Assembly: GCA_963731925.1 (NCBI GenBank)
Contig: CAVSXK010000016.1
Span: 65,730-129,729 of the forward strand
From: an uncultured Actinomycetes bacterium
GTDB lineage: Bacteria > Actinomycetota > UBA4738 > HRBIN12
Direction: 5' to 3'
Length of the DNA stretch: 64,000 bases
The notes under the pieces are model-generated. The model was given only the letters and a program-made list of their open reading frames with translations. It had not been told where the DNA came from and made no database searches. This document shows, in pieces, positions 23,448-33,688 of the stretch (positions are counted from its first letter, which is position 1; the number at the start of each line of letters is the position of its first letter). The translations under genes were made by a program, and so were the position numbers.

Positions 23448-23519
23448 GCCGGCGTAGCTCAGGGGCAGAGCAGCTGTCTTGTAAACAGCAGGTCGTCGGT
23501 TCGAATCCGACCGCCGGCT
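23448..23519 (+). tRNA. tRNA-Thr (anticodon TGT)
   Basis: A 72-nt cloverleaf folded by hand: acceptor GCCGGCG/CGCCGGC, D-arm GCTC-AGGGGCA-GAGC, anticodon stem GCTGT/ACAGC with loop CTTGTAA, T-arm GTCGG-TTCGAAT-CCGAC. CCA is not encoded. Confidence 0.85.
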
Positions 23520-23535
23520 CGATGGGAGGTTCGGG

Positions 23536-24708
23536 GTGAGGGAGTTCCGGCGGATCGACAGGCTGCCCCCGTACGTCTTCAACGTCGTCAACGACCTGAA
23601 GGCGGCCGCGCGCCGCGCGGGCGAGGACGTTGTGGACCTCGGCATGGGCAATCCCGACCTGGCCTCGCCCGAGCCGGTCGTTGACAAGCTCACGGAGGCT
23701 GCGCGCGACCCTCGGAACCACCGCTATTCGACCAGCCGGGGCCTCCCGAACCTCCGCCGTGCGATCGCAGATCGGTACGAGCGCCGGTACGGCGTCCCGC
23801 TCGATCCAGAGACCGAGGTGGTCACGACGATGGGGGCGAAGGAGGCGATCAGCCACATCGCGTGGACCCTCGTCGGCTCCGGCGACACGTGCCTGGTCCC
23901 CGAGCCCACCTACCCGATCCACACGTTCTCGGCCGCGCTCGCCGGCGCGGACGTCCGCTCCGTGCCGCTCGGGGCGGACGGGGACTTCTTCTCCGACCTC
24001 CTACGGGCGTTCGAGGGCACCTGGCCGCGACCGCGCCTGGTCCTCACCAGCTTCCCGCACAATCCCACGACCGCCTGCGTGGAGTTGTCGTTCTTCGAGC
24101 AGCTCGTGGCGTTCGCCCGCGAGCACGACGTCGCCGTGATCCACGACTTCGCCTACGCCGACCTGTGCTTCGACGGGTACCGGGCGCCGAGCTTCCTCGA
24201 AGTGCCCGGCGCGAAGGATGTAGGCGTCGAGGTCTTCTCGATGTCGAAGTCGTATTCGATGCCGGGCTGGCGTATCGCGTTCGTCGTCGGCAATCCTGAG
24301 ATGGTCGGGGCGCTGACACGGCTGAAGAGCTATCTCGACTACGGCGTGTTCCAGCCGATCCAGATCGCGGCGATCATCGCGCTCAACGAGTGCGAGGATC
24401 AGGCGGAGGCCTACCGCGACGTTTACCGATCGCGGCGCGACACCTTGATCGACGGGCTGGCTCGCGCCGGGTGGACCGTCCCGGCGCCCCGGGCGACGAT
24501 GTTCGTCTGGGCGGAGATCCCCGAACCCCACAGGGACGGTGGGTCTCTGGAGTTTGCGAAGCTCCTCCTGCGGGAGGCGAACGTGGCGGTCTCGCCCGGC
24601 GTCGGCTTTGGAGTGGCCGGCGACCGGCACGTTCGCTTCGCGCTCGTCGAGAACGAGCAGCGGATCCGTCAGGCCACCCGTGGGATCAAGCGCGCCCTCC
24701 GCGCGTGA
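23536..24708 (+). CDS. PLP-dependent aminotransferase class I/II (AlaT/AspC-like)
   Basis: The fold-type I PLP-lysine region [12 protein letters not shown] and an N-terminal [10 protein letters not shown] block. Confidence 0.9.
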   Translation: MREFRRIDRLPPYVFNVVNDLKAAARRAGEDVVDLGMGNPDLASPEPVVDKLTEAARDPRNHRYSTSRGLPNLRRAIADRYERRYGVPLDPETEVVTTMGAKEAISHIAWTLVGSGDTCLVPEPTYPIHTFSAALAGADVRSVPLGADGDFFSDLLRAFEGTWPRPRLVLTSFPHNPTTACVELSFFEQLVAFAREHDVAVIHDFAYADLCFDGYRAPSFLEVPGAKDVGVEVFSMSKSYSMPGWRIAFVVGNPEMVGALTRLKSYLDYGVFQPIQIAAIIALNECEDQAEAYRDVYRSRRDTLIDGLARAGWTVPAPRATMFVWAEIPEPHRDGGSLEFAKLLLREANVAVSPGVGFGVAGDRHVRFALVENEQRIRQATRGIKRALRA

Positions 24709-24725
24709 GAACGATCCTGCGAGCG

Positions 24726-24914
24726 ATGCAGCGCTACGGGTTGATGCTGGCCGACAACGGGTCCGACTGGTACTTCCAAGGCACGCGCGACGATCACTGG
24801 GGCAACCATCTGCTGGATCAGCTCAAGACCGTCCCCGCGTCGGCGTTCGAGGCCGTGGACGTGAGCGGGTGCATGGTCGACGCGGACTCCGCCAAGGCCG
24901 ACTGTCCCGAGTGA
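24726..24914 (+). other. possible 3' gene remnant (62-aa ORF, ...LMLADNGSDWYFQGT...)
   Basis: Reads like the C-terminus of a larger enzyme. Upstream, its frame overlaps the aminotransferase out of frame. Confidence 0.3.
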
Positions 24915-24944
24915 TCGTCGAAGACCTCGTGCTCGGTCGGAGCC

Positions 24945-27149
24945 TCAGGCCTCGGGTAGCAGGACCTTGAACGAGGCGCCGCCGCCCGGACGGTCCTCGA
25001 CCCACGCCCGGCCGCCGTGGAGCTCGGCGAAGCGAGCGACGAGCGAGAGGCCCACCCCGACGCCCGGGGAGGCGCTCGCCGGGCCGGGACCCTGCCGGAA
25101 CGGTTCGAAGATCGCGTCCTTCAGCTGATCGGGTACGCCGCCGCCCTCGTCCTCGACGACCAGCAGGATGCCGTCGTCCCGTCGATCCACCCGGGCCCAG
25201 ATGCGGCTCTCGGGGGTGGTGTGCCGAGCCGCGTTCGAGAGCAGGTTCTCGACGATCCGCTCGACCTTCGGGGGGTCGACGTCCGCCATGAGCTCGCCCG
25301 ACCCGAACAGCACCTCTCGGCCGCCGAACTGCTCGAACTCGCGGACGGCCTCGCCGACGAGCGCACCGACGTCGGTCCGCCTGCGCTGCGGCGTGATGAT
25401 CCCCCGCTGGAGACGGTCGAGGTCCAACAGGTCGCCGAGGAGGCGTTCGAGTTTGCGTGCGTTCGAGGCGATCCGCTGCAGCAGGTCGATCGCGTCCTCC
25501 CGGGGGATGTCCATTCCCGATCGCTCGAGCGTGACCGCCGACCCGAGGATCGACGTGAGCGGGGTACGCAGGTCGTGCGACACGGCCTCGAGGAACGTGT
25601 TCTTCATCTCGTCGAGGGCCCGCAGCCGTTGAGTCGCCTCGCGTTCGCGATGGAAGGCTTCGGAGTATTTCTGCTCGCTCCGCCGCAGGGCCTGCTCGGC
25701 GCGCTTGCGCTCCGTGACATCGACGATGAGTCCTCGGACCACCGACCTGCCCCGCGCGTCCGCGGCGACATGCACGATGTCGCGGAGCCATAGCGTCTCG
25801 CCCTCTCGCCCACGTGTTCGGTACTCGAGGTCGAGGTCGTCGCCCGGCGTCTCGACGGCGCGTCGGAGCGTGGCCGTCATCGGAGCCCGGTCGTCGGGGT
25901 CGATGTGATCGCCCCAGCGTTGCGGCAGCGGTTGGGCCGCGTCCGTCTCCTCGCCGAGGATCACCGCGGCGCGTCGAGACAGGAACGTGAAGGAGAGCGT
26001 CTGAGGGTCCGCTTCCCAGAAGATCGCGTCGAGCGTCTCGGCGAGCTCGTGGAACCGCTCGAGCTCGCTCACCCGCCGAGCGCTCCCCAGCGCGAGCGAG
26101 GCGATCTGGGCGATCCCTCGCGCGAGATCGCGGTCTCGCTCGGAGAACGAGGAGTCCGTCCCGGTCACCATCGCCAGCGCCCCGAGCTCGTCCGGCTCCC
26201 ATCTCATCGGGGCGACGAGGACATCTGACGGCTCGTCGAGGAGCCAGAACTCCGAGGGGACACGCTCGACGACCTCCCGTTGCATCACGAACGGCTCCTG
26301 GAACGAGCCGAGGAACTGGTTCGCGATCTCGGCCGGGATCGGCGGGGTGGTCGCCGTCCGCTCGGCCGGCAGACCTCGTTGATGGACCAGGGCGAAGTCG
26401 CCGGTCTTCGGGTCGCGGCGGTACGCCGCGACGACCGAGCCATCGATGATCGACGGGACCGCGGTCACGACGCGGGCGAGGACGCTGGAGACGTCTTCGG
26501 CCCCACTGAGCGCCTGCGAGAGCCCGAGCAGTGCGGACGAGGTCTTCGCGGCCTCGCGTTCCTTCTGGAGCAGGCTCGCGTTCTCGTAGGCGACCGCGGC
26601 GTGCGAGGCAAGCACCTCGAGCACACGCTGGTCCTCCTCGTCGAACTGATCGGTCCCGAGGTTCGAGAGCACGATGACGCCGGTCACCTTGTCGCCCACT
26701 TTCAGCGGCACGGCCAGGAGCGACTCGTCGATCTCGTCGGTCCCTTCGATCTGCCATCCCCGCTCGTCGTGGAGGGCGTCGGGCGCGTAGTACGTCTCTC
26801 CCGAGCTCGCCGCATAGCCGGTGATCCCCTCGCCGACCAGGGTGACCAACTCCTCGTGCGTCTCGGACTTGTACTCGGTCAGGTCGCCGCGGAACGTCGT
26901 CGGCCACAGCGTGATCCCATCGTCGAGCAGCAGGTAGATCCGACAGTTGTGGTAGTCGATCAAGGTCCTGAGCTCGGTGGTGATGGCTTCGCCGATCGCG
27001 TCGACGTCGTCGAGCGTGTTCAACCGGGTCGCCAGGGCATGCAGCATCCGGAGTTGCGCGACCGAGCGCAGCTCGTGTTCCTCGACGGTTCCGCTCACGC
27101 GGTTGCTGGTTTCGACCATCCCGGATTGGGCCCCCAACGGGGCCTTCAT
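24945..27149 (-). CDS. cytoplasmic sensor histidine kinase (GAF-GAF-PAS-HisKA-HATPase_c)
   Basis: The H-box SHDLRTPL and G-boxes GVGVGLSLV are present. No TM segments and no adjacent response regulator. Confidence 0.85.
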   Translation of the reverse strand: MKAPLGAQSGMVETSNRVSGTVEEHELRSVAQLRMLHALATRLNTLDDVDAIGEAITTELRTLIDYHNCRIYLLLDDGITLWPTTFRGDLTEYKSETHEELVTLVGEGITGYAASSGETYYAPDALHDERGWQIEGTDEIDESLLAVPLKVGDKVTGVIVLSNLGTDQFDEEDQRVLEVLASHAAVAYENASLLQKEREAAKTSSALLGLSQALSGAEDVSSVLARVVTAVPSIIDGSVVAAYRRDPKTGDFALVHQRGLPAERTATTPPIPAEIANQFLGSFQEPFVMQREVVERVPSEFWLLDEPSDVLVAPMRWEPDELGALAMVTGTDSSFSERDRDLARGIAQIASLALGSARRVSELERFHELAETLDAIFWEADPQTLSFTFLSRRAAVILGEETDAAQPLPQRWGDHIDPDDRAPMTATLRRAVETPGDDLDLEYRTRGREGETLWLRDIVHVAADARGRSVVRGLIVDVTERKRAEQALRRSEQKYSEAFHREREATQRLRALDEMKNTFLEAVSHDLRTPLTSILGSAVTLERSGMDIPREDAIDLLQRIASNARKLERLLGDLLDLDRLQRGIITPQRRRTDVGALVGEAVREFEQFGGREVLFGSGELMADVDPPKVERIVENLLSNAARHTTPESRIWARVDRRDDGILLVVEDEGGGVPDQLKDAIFEPFRQGPGPASASPGVGVGLSLVARFAELHGGRAWVEDRPGGGASFKVLLPEA

Positions 27150-27220
27150 CTTCTCATGCGTCGGCCCGTCGAAGCCTGCCCTGAAGGCGCTGGTCGGAGG
27201 CGTGTTCGGGCACGGGTACC

Positions 27221-30200
27221 ATGTGCTGCGTGAGCACCACGGACGAGGTGACCGCGGGCGCTCTTCCCGCCCCGCTGCTCGAGCTCATCGACGCCAAGGT
27301 GCCGAACGAGCGGGCGGAGCTCGTCAAGGCGTTCGCATCGGCCTTCACGAAGAGGCTGACGCCGCACGACGTCTCCGAGCGGTCGCCGGAGGAGCTCTTC
27401 GGCGTGATCTCGGACGCCTTCGAGCTCGCAGACGCTCGGCGGGCGGACGAGTTCGCGGTGCGGGTGTTCGAACCGAGTCCGCCAGAGAACGGCGACGAAG
27501 CGCCGGGCACGGTGGTCGAGATCAGCGCCCCGGATTCCCCGTTCCTGTACGACTCGGTGGCCGAGGAGCTCGATGCCTGGGGGCTGGACGCCCGTCGCGT
27601 GATCCACCCCGTGATCGGCGTCGAGCGAGGTTCCGATGGCCGGATCGTCCGGGTCCTGCACGTCCGACAGACCGAGGACCGAGAGTCCCTGATGCACTTC
27701 GAGCTCGAGCAGCGGCTGACCGAGCAGGAGCGGACCGAGCTCGAGCGGGCGATCCGAGGCATCCTCGGCGACGTCCGCCTGGCCGTGCGGGACTTCGAGC
27801 CGATGAAGGAAGCGGCACGGGGCATGATCGACATCGCGAGCGGCGGGTCGGCCCTGTACCCGGCGGACGAGGTCGCCGAGACCGTCGCGTTCCTCGAGTG
27901 GCTGCTCGATCTGAACTTCATCTTCCTTGGCTACCGCGAGTACGAGCTCGTCGATCTCCCCGAAGGGCGGGCCCTCGCCGCGGTCCCCGGATCGGGCCTC
28001 GGCATCTTGTCGAAGGTCGATTGGTCGGCGTACGAACAGCCGGTGCCGCTCGAGACGATCGAGCCGAACCTGCGCGCCCGCATCGAGGGCGGCGACCTTC
28101 TCATCTACTCGAAGACGAACCGGCCCTCGACGGTGCATCGGCGCGCCCGGATGGACTACATCGGCGTGCGCAGGGTCTCGCCCGACGGACGAATCGTCGG
28201 CGAGGCGCGGATGGTGGGCCTGTTCACCTCCAAGGCGTACGCGGAGCCCGCGAGCAAGACGCCGCTGCTGCACCGCAAGCTCGAGCAGATCGTGGACGCC
28301 GAGGACCTGTTCGAGGGGTCGCACGACTACAAGGCGGTGGTGTCGATCTTCGAGAGCTTCCCGAAGGACGAGCTGTTCGCCGCTCCCACCGAGGAGCTCC
28401 GACAGCAGGTCATGGGGCTGCTGCAGCTGCAGGAGTCCCGGCACACCCGTCTGTTCGTTCGACGAGACCTCTACGGACGGAGCGTGTCGCTGTTGGTCGC
28501 GATCCCGCGCGACCGCTTCAACGCGGAGGTACGCCAGCGGCTGCAGGAGCTGTTCCTCGAGCGGTTCAACGGCACGACGATCGACGTCCACGTCTCGCTC
28601 ACCGAGAGCGACCTGGCGCAGCTGCACTTCACCGTGCACGTCGGTCAGGGCCAGATCCCGGACGTGTCCTTCGACGAGCTCCAGCGCGACGTCGTCGAGA
28701 TCGCCCGCACGTGGGACGACCAGCTGCTGGACCGGTTGGTCGAGGAGCACGGGCAGGCACGCGCGCGAGAGCTGTTCGAACGCTGGGCGGACCGCCTCCC
28801 CGACTACTACAAGGCGTCGACCGACGTCGCCATCGCCGGCCTCGACATCCTCCGGTTCGACGAGCTCGAGCGTGGCGAGGAAGCCTTCCTGATCGGTCTG
28901 GCGAACGAGACCGAGGAGGGGCAGTCGCTCACGCACGTCCGGCTCTACAAGGTCGATGGCAAGGTCGAGCTCTCGGACTTCGTGCCGACGCTCGAGTCGC
29001 TCGGTCTTCGCGTGATCGAGGAGTGGCCGACCACCCTCTCCGGCGAGGAGGGCGACGAGCGCTTCCTCCACGACTTCGGCGTGCTGGGAGCCGATCACCG
29101 GCCGATCGACGTCGACGCCACCGGTGACCGGGTCGCCGAGTGCATCGCGGCGGTGTGGCGAGGCGAGTGCGAGTCCGATTCGCTGAACCGCCTCGTCGTC
29201 ACCGCGGGGGTCGACTGGAGACAGGTTCAGATCCTGCGCGCCTACCGCAAGTATCACCACCGGGTGAACTCGAGCTTCCCGGTCGAGTACAAGAACGATG
29301 CCTTCGCGGCGCACCCGGCCATCGCCGCCCAACTCGTGGAGCTGTTCGAGATGCGGTTCGATCCGTCCCGGCCGAGGGATCCACAGGCGGTCGAGGCGCT
29401 CGGGGAGAAGATCCGCTCGGATCTGGACGCCGTGCGATCGCTCGAGCTCGACCGGATCCTCCGCAACGCCTTGGGCGTCGTCGACGCGACGGTGCGCACC
29501 AACGCCTACGTCCCGGGGCGACGCGCGATCGCGTTCAAGTTCCGCTCCGCGGCCGTCCCCGAGATGCCCAAGCCGACGCCCCTGTTCGAGATCTTCGTGT
29601 ACTCGCCCGAGATGGAGGCGATCCACCTGCGGGGCGGAAGGGTGGCTCGCGGCGGGATCCGCTGGTCCGAGCGGCGGCAGGACTACCGAACGGAGATCCT
29701 CGGTCTCCTGAAGGCGCAGATGGTGAAGAACGCCGTCATCGTGCCGACCGGCGCCAAGGGTGGCTTCGTCCTCAAGCACGAGGTCACCGATCCACGGGCC
29801 TCGAAGGACGAGGGCACGCGACAGTACGTGACCTTCGTGCGAAGCATGCTCGAGGTGACGGACAACCTGGTCGACGGCACGGTCGTGCATCCCGATCACG
29901 TCGTGGTGCACGACGAGGACGACCCCTACCTCGTCGTCGCCGCCGACAAGGGCACCGCCACCTTCTCGGACACCGCGAACGCGATCTCCGCCGAGTACGG
30001 GTTCTGGCTAGGTGACGCGTTCGCCTCCGGTGGCTCCACCGGGTACGACCACAAGGAGCTCGGCATCACGGCGCGAGGCGCGTGGGAGTCGGTCAAGCGA
30101 CACTTCCGCGAGATCGGGACCGACGTCATGAACGAGCCGTTCACCGTCGTGGGCATCGGCGACATGTCGGGCGACGTGTTCGGTAACGGGATGCTCTACT

Positions 30201-32029
30201 CGGAGCAGATCTGCCTCGTCGCGGCGTTCGACCACCGGCACGTGTTCGTCGACCCCTCGCCGCATCCTGCCGTGGGATACGCCGAACGGCGACGGCTGTT
30301 CGACCGTCCCGGGTCGAGCTGGGACGACTACGACCGTTCGAAGATCTCGGAGGGCGGTGGCGTGTGGCCGCGCACCGACAAGTCGATCGAGATCTCACCG
30401 CAGACGCGACTCGCCCTGGGGATCGAGGCGGACGAGCTCACGCCCGGCGAGCTGATCTCCGCGATCCTCAGCGCTCCGGTGGACCTGCTCTACAACGGCG
30501 GCATCGGGACGTACGTCAAGGCATCGAGCGAATCCGACGCCGACGTCGGCGACCGCGTGAACGACGACCTCCGTGTCGACGGCCGCGACCTCCGATGCCG
30601 GGTCGTGGCCGAGGGCGGCAACCTGGGCTTCACACAGCGCGGCAGGATCGAGTTCGCGCTCGGCGGCGGCAGGATCAACACCGACTTCATCGACAACTCG
30701 GCCGGCGTGGACACGTCGGACCACGAGGTGAACCTCAAGATCCTCTTCGGGCTCGCGGTCGCACGCGGTGCGCTCACGATGGACGATCGGAACGCCCTGC
30801 TCGCCGAGGTCGAGGAGGACGTGGTCCGTCACGTGCTGTACGACAACTTCCTCCAGGCCCAGATCCTCTCGCAGGAATCGGTCGTGTCGCCGAACCACAT
30901 GGAGGCGTACGAGGACCTGATGGTCGGCCTCGAGACGCAGGATGTCCTCGACCGCGAGCTCGAGGCGCTCCCCAACGCCGAGGACATGGCCGAGCGGCGC
31001 CGGTCGACCCGGGGGATGACGCGACCCGAGCTCGCCGTGCTCCTCGCCTACGCGAAGCAGAGCCTGACGAACGCGTTGCTCGCGTCCTCGCTCCCGGACT
31101 CGGCCTACCTCGAGCGTGATCTGCGCGCCTATTTCCCTCCGCAGGTCGTGGAGCGGTTCGGCCCGATGCTCAACGATCACCCCCTGCGCCGCGAGCTGAT
31201 CGCGATGCTGGTGGCGAACGACGTCGTGAACTCGCAGGGCATCACGTTCGTGTCTCGCGTCGTGACCGAGACGGGCGCGGAAGCGGCCGACGTGACGCGC
31301 GCGTACCGGATCGCGCGCGACGTGACCGGTGCCGTCGAACGCTGGGAGGAGATCGAGGCGCTCGTCGGGTCCCTGGAGCCCGCGCTGCTCGACGAGCTGA
31401 TGGCGGGCGTCGACCGGCTGGTGGAGATCACGGCCCGTTGGTACCTGCAGCACCTCCCGGGGCAGCTCGGCCGGGCGATCGAAGCGCACGCGGGTCCGTT
31501 CGAGGCCTTCGCCGGGTCCGTGGCGGCCCTCGCGCCGGACGGATGGCGGCAGGAGCGCGAACGTGCGGCCTGGGCGCTCATGGACCGTGGTGTGCCCGAG
31601 GACGTCGCTCGAGCACACGTGGCGCTGACGTTCCTCGTCCACGGTCCGAACGTGGCCGAGGTCGCAGAGGCCACGGGCCGCTCGATCGAGGACGTGGCGC
31701 GCGCGTTCTTCCTCGTCGGCGAGTCCGTCTACGTCGACTGGCTCGAGGCTCGTCTCTCCGCGGTCTCGACGACGACCCGGTGGCACCGCTGGGCGCTCCA
31801 GGCCCTGGAGGACGACCTGCGGCTGCTCCGCCGGCAGGTGGTCGAGCACGTGCTCGCTCAGGGTGGCGGCCAGCTTCCCGTCGAGGACGCGTTGGCGTCC
31901 TACCTCGAGGAGCGGAGCGAGGTCATGACGCGGCTCGGGAGGTTCATGCGTGGGATCGCGCTCGAAGAGGCGAGCGACCTGGCCGCCATGACGGTCGCGG
32001 TGCGCCAGGTCCGGAGCCTCTCGGCCTGA
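27221..32029 (+). CDS. gdh: NAD-specific glutamate dehydrogenase, large (180-kDa) class
   Basis: A 1602-aa protein with the Bac_GDH catalytic core (...GGSTGYDHKELGITARGAWESV...GNGMLYS...). Confidence 0.9.
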   Translation: MCCVSTTDEVTAGALPAPLLELIDAKVPNERAELVKAFASAFTKRLTPHDVSERSPEELFGVISDAFELADARRADEFAVRVFEPSPPENGDEAPGTVVEISAPDSPFLYDSVAEELDAWGLDARRVIHPVIGVERGSDGRIVRVLHVRQTEDRESLMHFELEQRLTEQERTELERAIRGILGDVRLAVRDFEPMKEAARGMIDIASGGSALYPADEVAETVAFLEWLLDLNFIFLGYREYELVDLPEGRALAAVPGSGLGILSKVDWSAYEQPVPLETIEPNLRARIEGGDLLIYSKTNRPSTVHRRARMDYIGVRRVSPDGRIVGEARMVGLFTSKAYAEPASKTPLLHRKLEQIVDAEDLFEGSHDYKAVVSIFESFPKDELFAAPTEELRQQVMGLLQLQESRHTRLFVRRDLYGRSVSLLVAIPRDRFNAEVRQRLQELFLERFNGTTIDVHVSLTESDLAQLHFTVHVGQGQIPDVSFDELQRDVVEIARTWDDQLLDRLVEEHGQARARELFERWADRLPDYYKASTDVAIAGLDILRFDELERGEEAFLIGLANETEEGQSLTHVRLYKVDGKVELSDFVPTLESLGLRVIEEWPTTLSGEEGDERFLHDFGVLGADHRPIDVDATGDRVAECIAAVWRGECESDSLNRLVVTAGVDWRQVQILRAYRKYHHRVNSSFPVEYKNDAFAAHPAIAAQLVELFEMRFDPSRPRDPQAVEALGEKIRSDLDAVRSLELDRILRNALGVVDATVRTNAYVPGRRAIAFKFRSAAVPEMPKPTPLFEIFVYSPEMEAIHLRGGRVARGGIRWSERRQDYRTEILGLLKAQMVKNAVIVPTGAKGGFVLKHEVTDPRASKDEGTRQYVTFVRSMLEVTDNLVDGTVVHPDHVVVHDEDDPYLVVAADKGTATFSDTANAISAEYGFWLGDAFASGGSTGYDHKELGITARGAWESVKRHFREIGTDVMNEPFTVVGIGDMSGDVFGNGMLYSEQICLVAAFDHRHVFVDPSPHPAVGYAERRRLFDRPGSSWDDYDRSKISEGGGVWPRTDKSIEISPQTRLALGIEADELTPGELISAILSAPVDLLYNGGIGTYVKASSESDADVGDRVNDDLRVDGRDLRCRVVAEGGNLGFTQRGRIEFALGGGRINTDFIDNSAGVDTSDHEVNLKILFGLAVARGALTMDDRNALLAEVEEDVVRHVLYDNFLQAQILSQESVVSPNHMEAYEDLMVGLETQDVLDRELEALPNAEDMAERRRSTRGMTRPELAVLLAYAKQSLTNALLASSLPDSAYLERDLRAYFPPQVVERFGPMLNDHPLRRELIAMLVANDVVNSQGITFVSRVVTETGAEAADVTRAYRIARDVTGAVERWEEIEALVGSLEPALLDELMAGVDRLVEITARWYLQHLPGQLGRAIEAHAGPFEAFAGSVAALAPDGWRQERERAAWALMDRGVPEDVARAHVALTFLVHGPNVAEVAEATGRSIEDVARAFFLVGESVYVDWLEARLSAVSTTTRWHRWALQALEDDLRLLRRQVVEHVLAQGGGQLPVEDALASYLEERSEVMTRLGRFMRGIALEEASDLAAMTVAVRQVRSLSA

Positions 32030-32041
32030 GCGTCCTGCCGG

Positions 32042-32359
32042 GTGCTTGAAGCGTCGGTGAGGCCCGCTACCCTCGGCGTCGTGGGAGCCCAACCGCGCGA
32101 CCTCGCGCCCGAGCTGGACGAACGCACCCGCGCGGTCCTGGATTTCGAGCGCTCATGGTGGTTGGACGGTGGTCCCAAGGAACGGAGGATCCGTGAGCGT
32201 TTCGGGATCTCGGCCACGAGGTATCAGCAACTCCTGATGCGGGCGATCGACCTCCCCGAGGCGCTCAGGTACGACCCGATGCTGGTGCGCAGGCTGCGCC
32301 GGCTTCGGGAATCGCGCAGGCGCAAGCGCCTCGCGCGGCGGCTTGGGCTTCCTTCCTAG
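32042..32359 (+). CDS. DUF3263-family protein
   Basis: The ILDFERSWW...KERRIRERFGIS..RYQQL...DPMLVRRLRRLRE pattern is present. Confidence 0.7.
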   Translation: MLEASVRPATLGVVGAQPRDLAPELDERTRAVLDFERSWWLDGGPKERRIRERFGISATRYQQLLMRAIDLPEALRYDPMLVRRLRRLRESRRRKRLARRLGLPS

Positions 32360-32370
32360 CCCGGGGTAGG

Positions 32371-32967
32371 ATGGGCTCGCACCAGCCGCCGACCAACAGG
32401 AGCTTCTACCTCTCCTTGGCCGCCAGCACGCTCCGGTTCGCGATCATCGTCGCCCTCGTCATCGGGGGGATCGTCGTGATCGACCAGGCCTTCCCGGCGT
32501 TGTCGTCGGACGACGGCGGCGGTGGCGGCACGACGGCACCGATCACCGGCGGCACGGTCGGCGGCGGCACCGGCGAGACCGGAGAGACCGGAGCAACCGG
32601 CGCGACCGCAACCGGCCCGACGGGTGCCGAGGCGGAGCCGCCGACGACCGAAGGCGTTCGGATCGCGGTCTTCAACGGCACCGAGGCGAGCGGTCTTGCC
32701 GGAGAGACCCAGCTCCGGCTCGAGGAGAGGTACGGCTACATCGCGACGCAGGTCCCGGCAGACGCCCCCGCCGCGTACCCGGTCACGACGATCTACTTCA
32801 ACGCACCGAAGGACAGGGTTCAAGCCGAGTACCTGGCGAGCGACTTCTTCAAGAAGCTCGACGATGTCGAGGTCGTCAGGCTCGACCCCGGTACCGGCGA
32901 CATCGATCCATCGACCCAGCTCGCGATCTTCCTCGGAAACGACTACGCCGCCCTCAAGTCCGCCTGA
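32371..32967 (+). CDS. LytR_C-domain membrane protein
   Basis: An N-terminal TM, a Gly/Thr-rich linker, and a C-terminal LytR_C-like domain (RIAVFNGT...). Confidence 0.65.
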   Translation: MGSHQPPTNRSFYLSLAASTLRFAIIVALVIGGIVVIDQAFPALSSDDGGGGGTTAPITGGTVGGGTGETGETGATGATATGPTGAEAEPPTTEGVRIAVFNGTEASGLAGETQLRLEERYGYIATQVPADAPAAYPVTTIYFNAPKDRVQAEYLASDFFKKLDDVEVVRLDPGTGDIDPSTQLAIFLGNDYAALKSA

Positions 32968-33688
32968 CCTCCCTGCGCTCCGCGAACGGGCAGACGTCGC
33001 GGGCATCGCGCTCGACTTCGACGGAACGTTGTCCGAGATCGTCGCCCGGCCCGACCTCGCGCGTCCCGTCGAGGGAGCACGCGACGCGATCGCCGGGCTC
33101 ACCCAGCGTTACCGGACGGTAGCGATCGTCACCGGACGCCGGTCCGAAGAGGTGGCGGCGCTCCTCGACCTGCCGCACGTCATGTACGTCGGGCTGTACG
33201 GGTTCGAGGAAGAGACCCCCGAGCTGCTGACCGCGGTCGTGCCGCTCGTCGAGACCGCAGCCGCCCGAGTACCGGACGCGTGGATCGAGGACAAGGGGAG
33301 CTCGATCGCGGTCCACTACCGGCAGGCGCCCGACACCGACGCCGCGAGAGCCGCGCTGATGGTTGCCCTGCAGCCGGTCGCGAGCGAGTCCGGCCTCGAG
33401 GTGATCGAGGGCAAGATGGTGATCGAGCTCGTCCCGCGTGGCCGGCCGATGAAGGGGGAAGCGCTCGAGCGCATCGTGGGCGAGCACGAGCTCCAGGCCG
33501 TCCTCTATGCGGGGGACGATCACGCCGACCTCGACGCGTTCGAGGCGCTCGACCGGCTGGCGGCGTCGGGTGTGCAGGTCGTCCGTGTCGCCGTCCGGGG
33601 CCGCGAGACGCCGCGGTCGCTGGTCGACGCGGCCGACGTCGTCGTCGAGGGGCCGGCGGGACTCGTCGAGCTCCTGCGAACGCTCTAG
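32864..33688 (+). CDS. otsB: trehalose-6-phosphate phosphatase
   Basis: The HAD-IIB motif DFDGTL and the GDDHADLDAF block are present. The only in-frame canonical start is ATG 32864, which gives a 104-nt overlap with the upstream gene. The start is uncertain. Confidence 0.8.
   Translation: MSRSSGSTPVPATSIHRPSSRSSSETTTPPSSPPDLPALRERADVAGIALDFDGTLSEIVARPDLARPVEGARDAIAGLTQRYRTVAIVTGRRSEEVAALLDLPHVMYVGLYGFEEETPELLTAVVPLVETAAARVPDAWIEDKGSSIAVHYRQAPDTDAARAALMVALQPVASESGLEVIEGKMVIELVPRGRPMKGEALERIVGEHELQAVLYAGDDHADLDAFEALDRLAASGVQVVRVAVRGRETPRSLVDAADVVVEGPAGLVELLRTL

Noticed and set aside
27146-32092. Long minus-strand ORFs (921 aa and 565 aa) across the gdh region
   Set aside because: They are antisense to the intact 1602-aa NAD-GDH and have a low-complexity composition.
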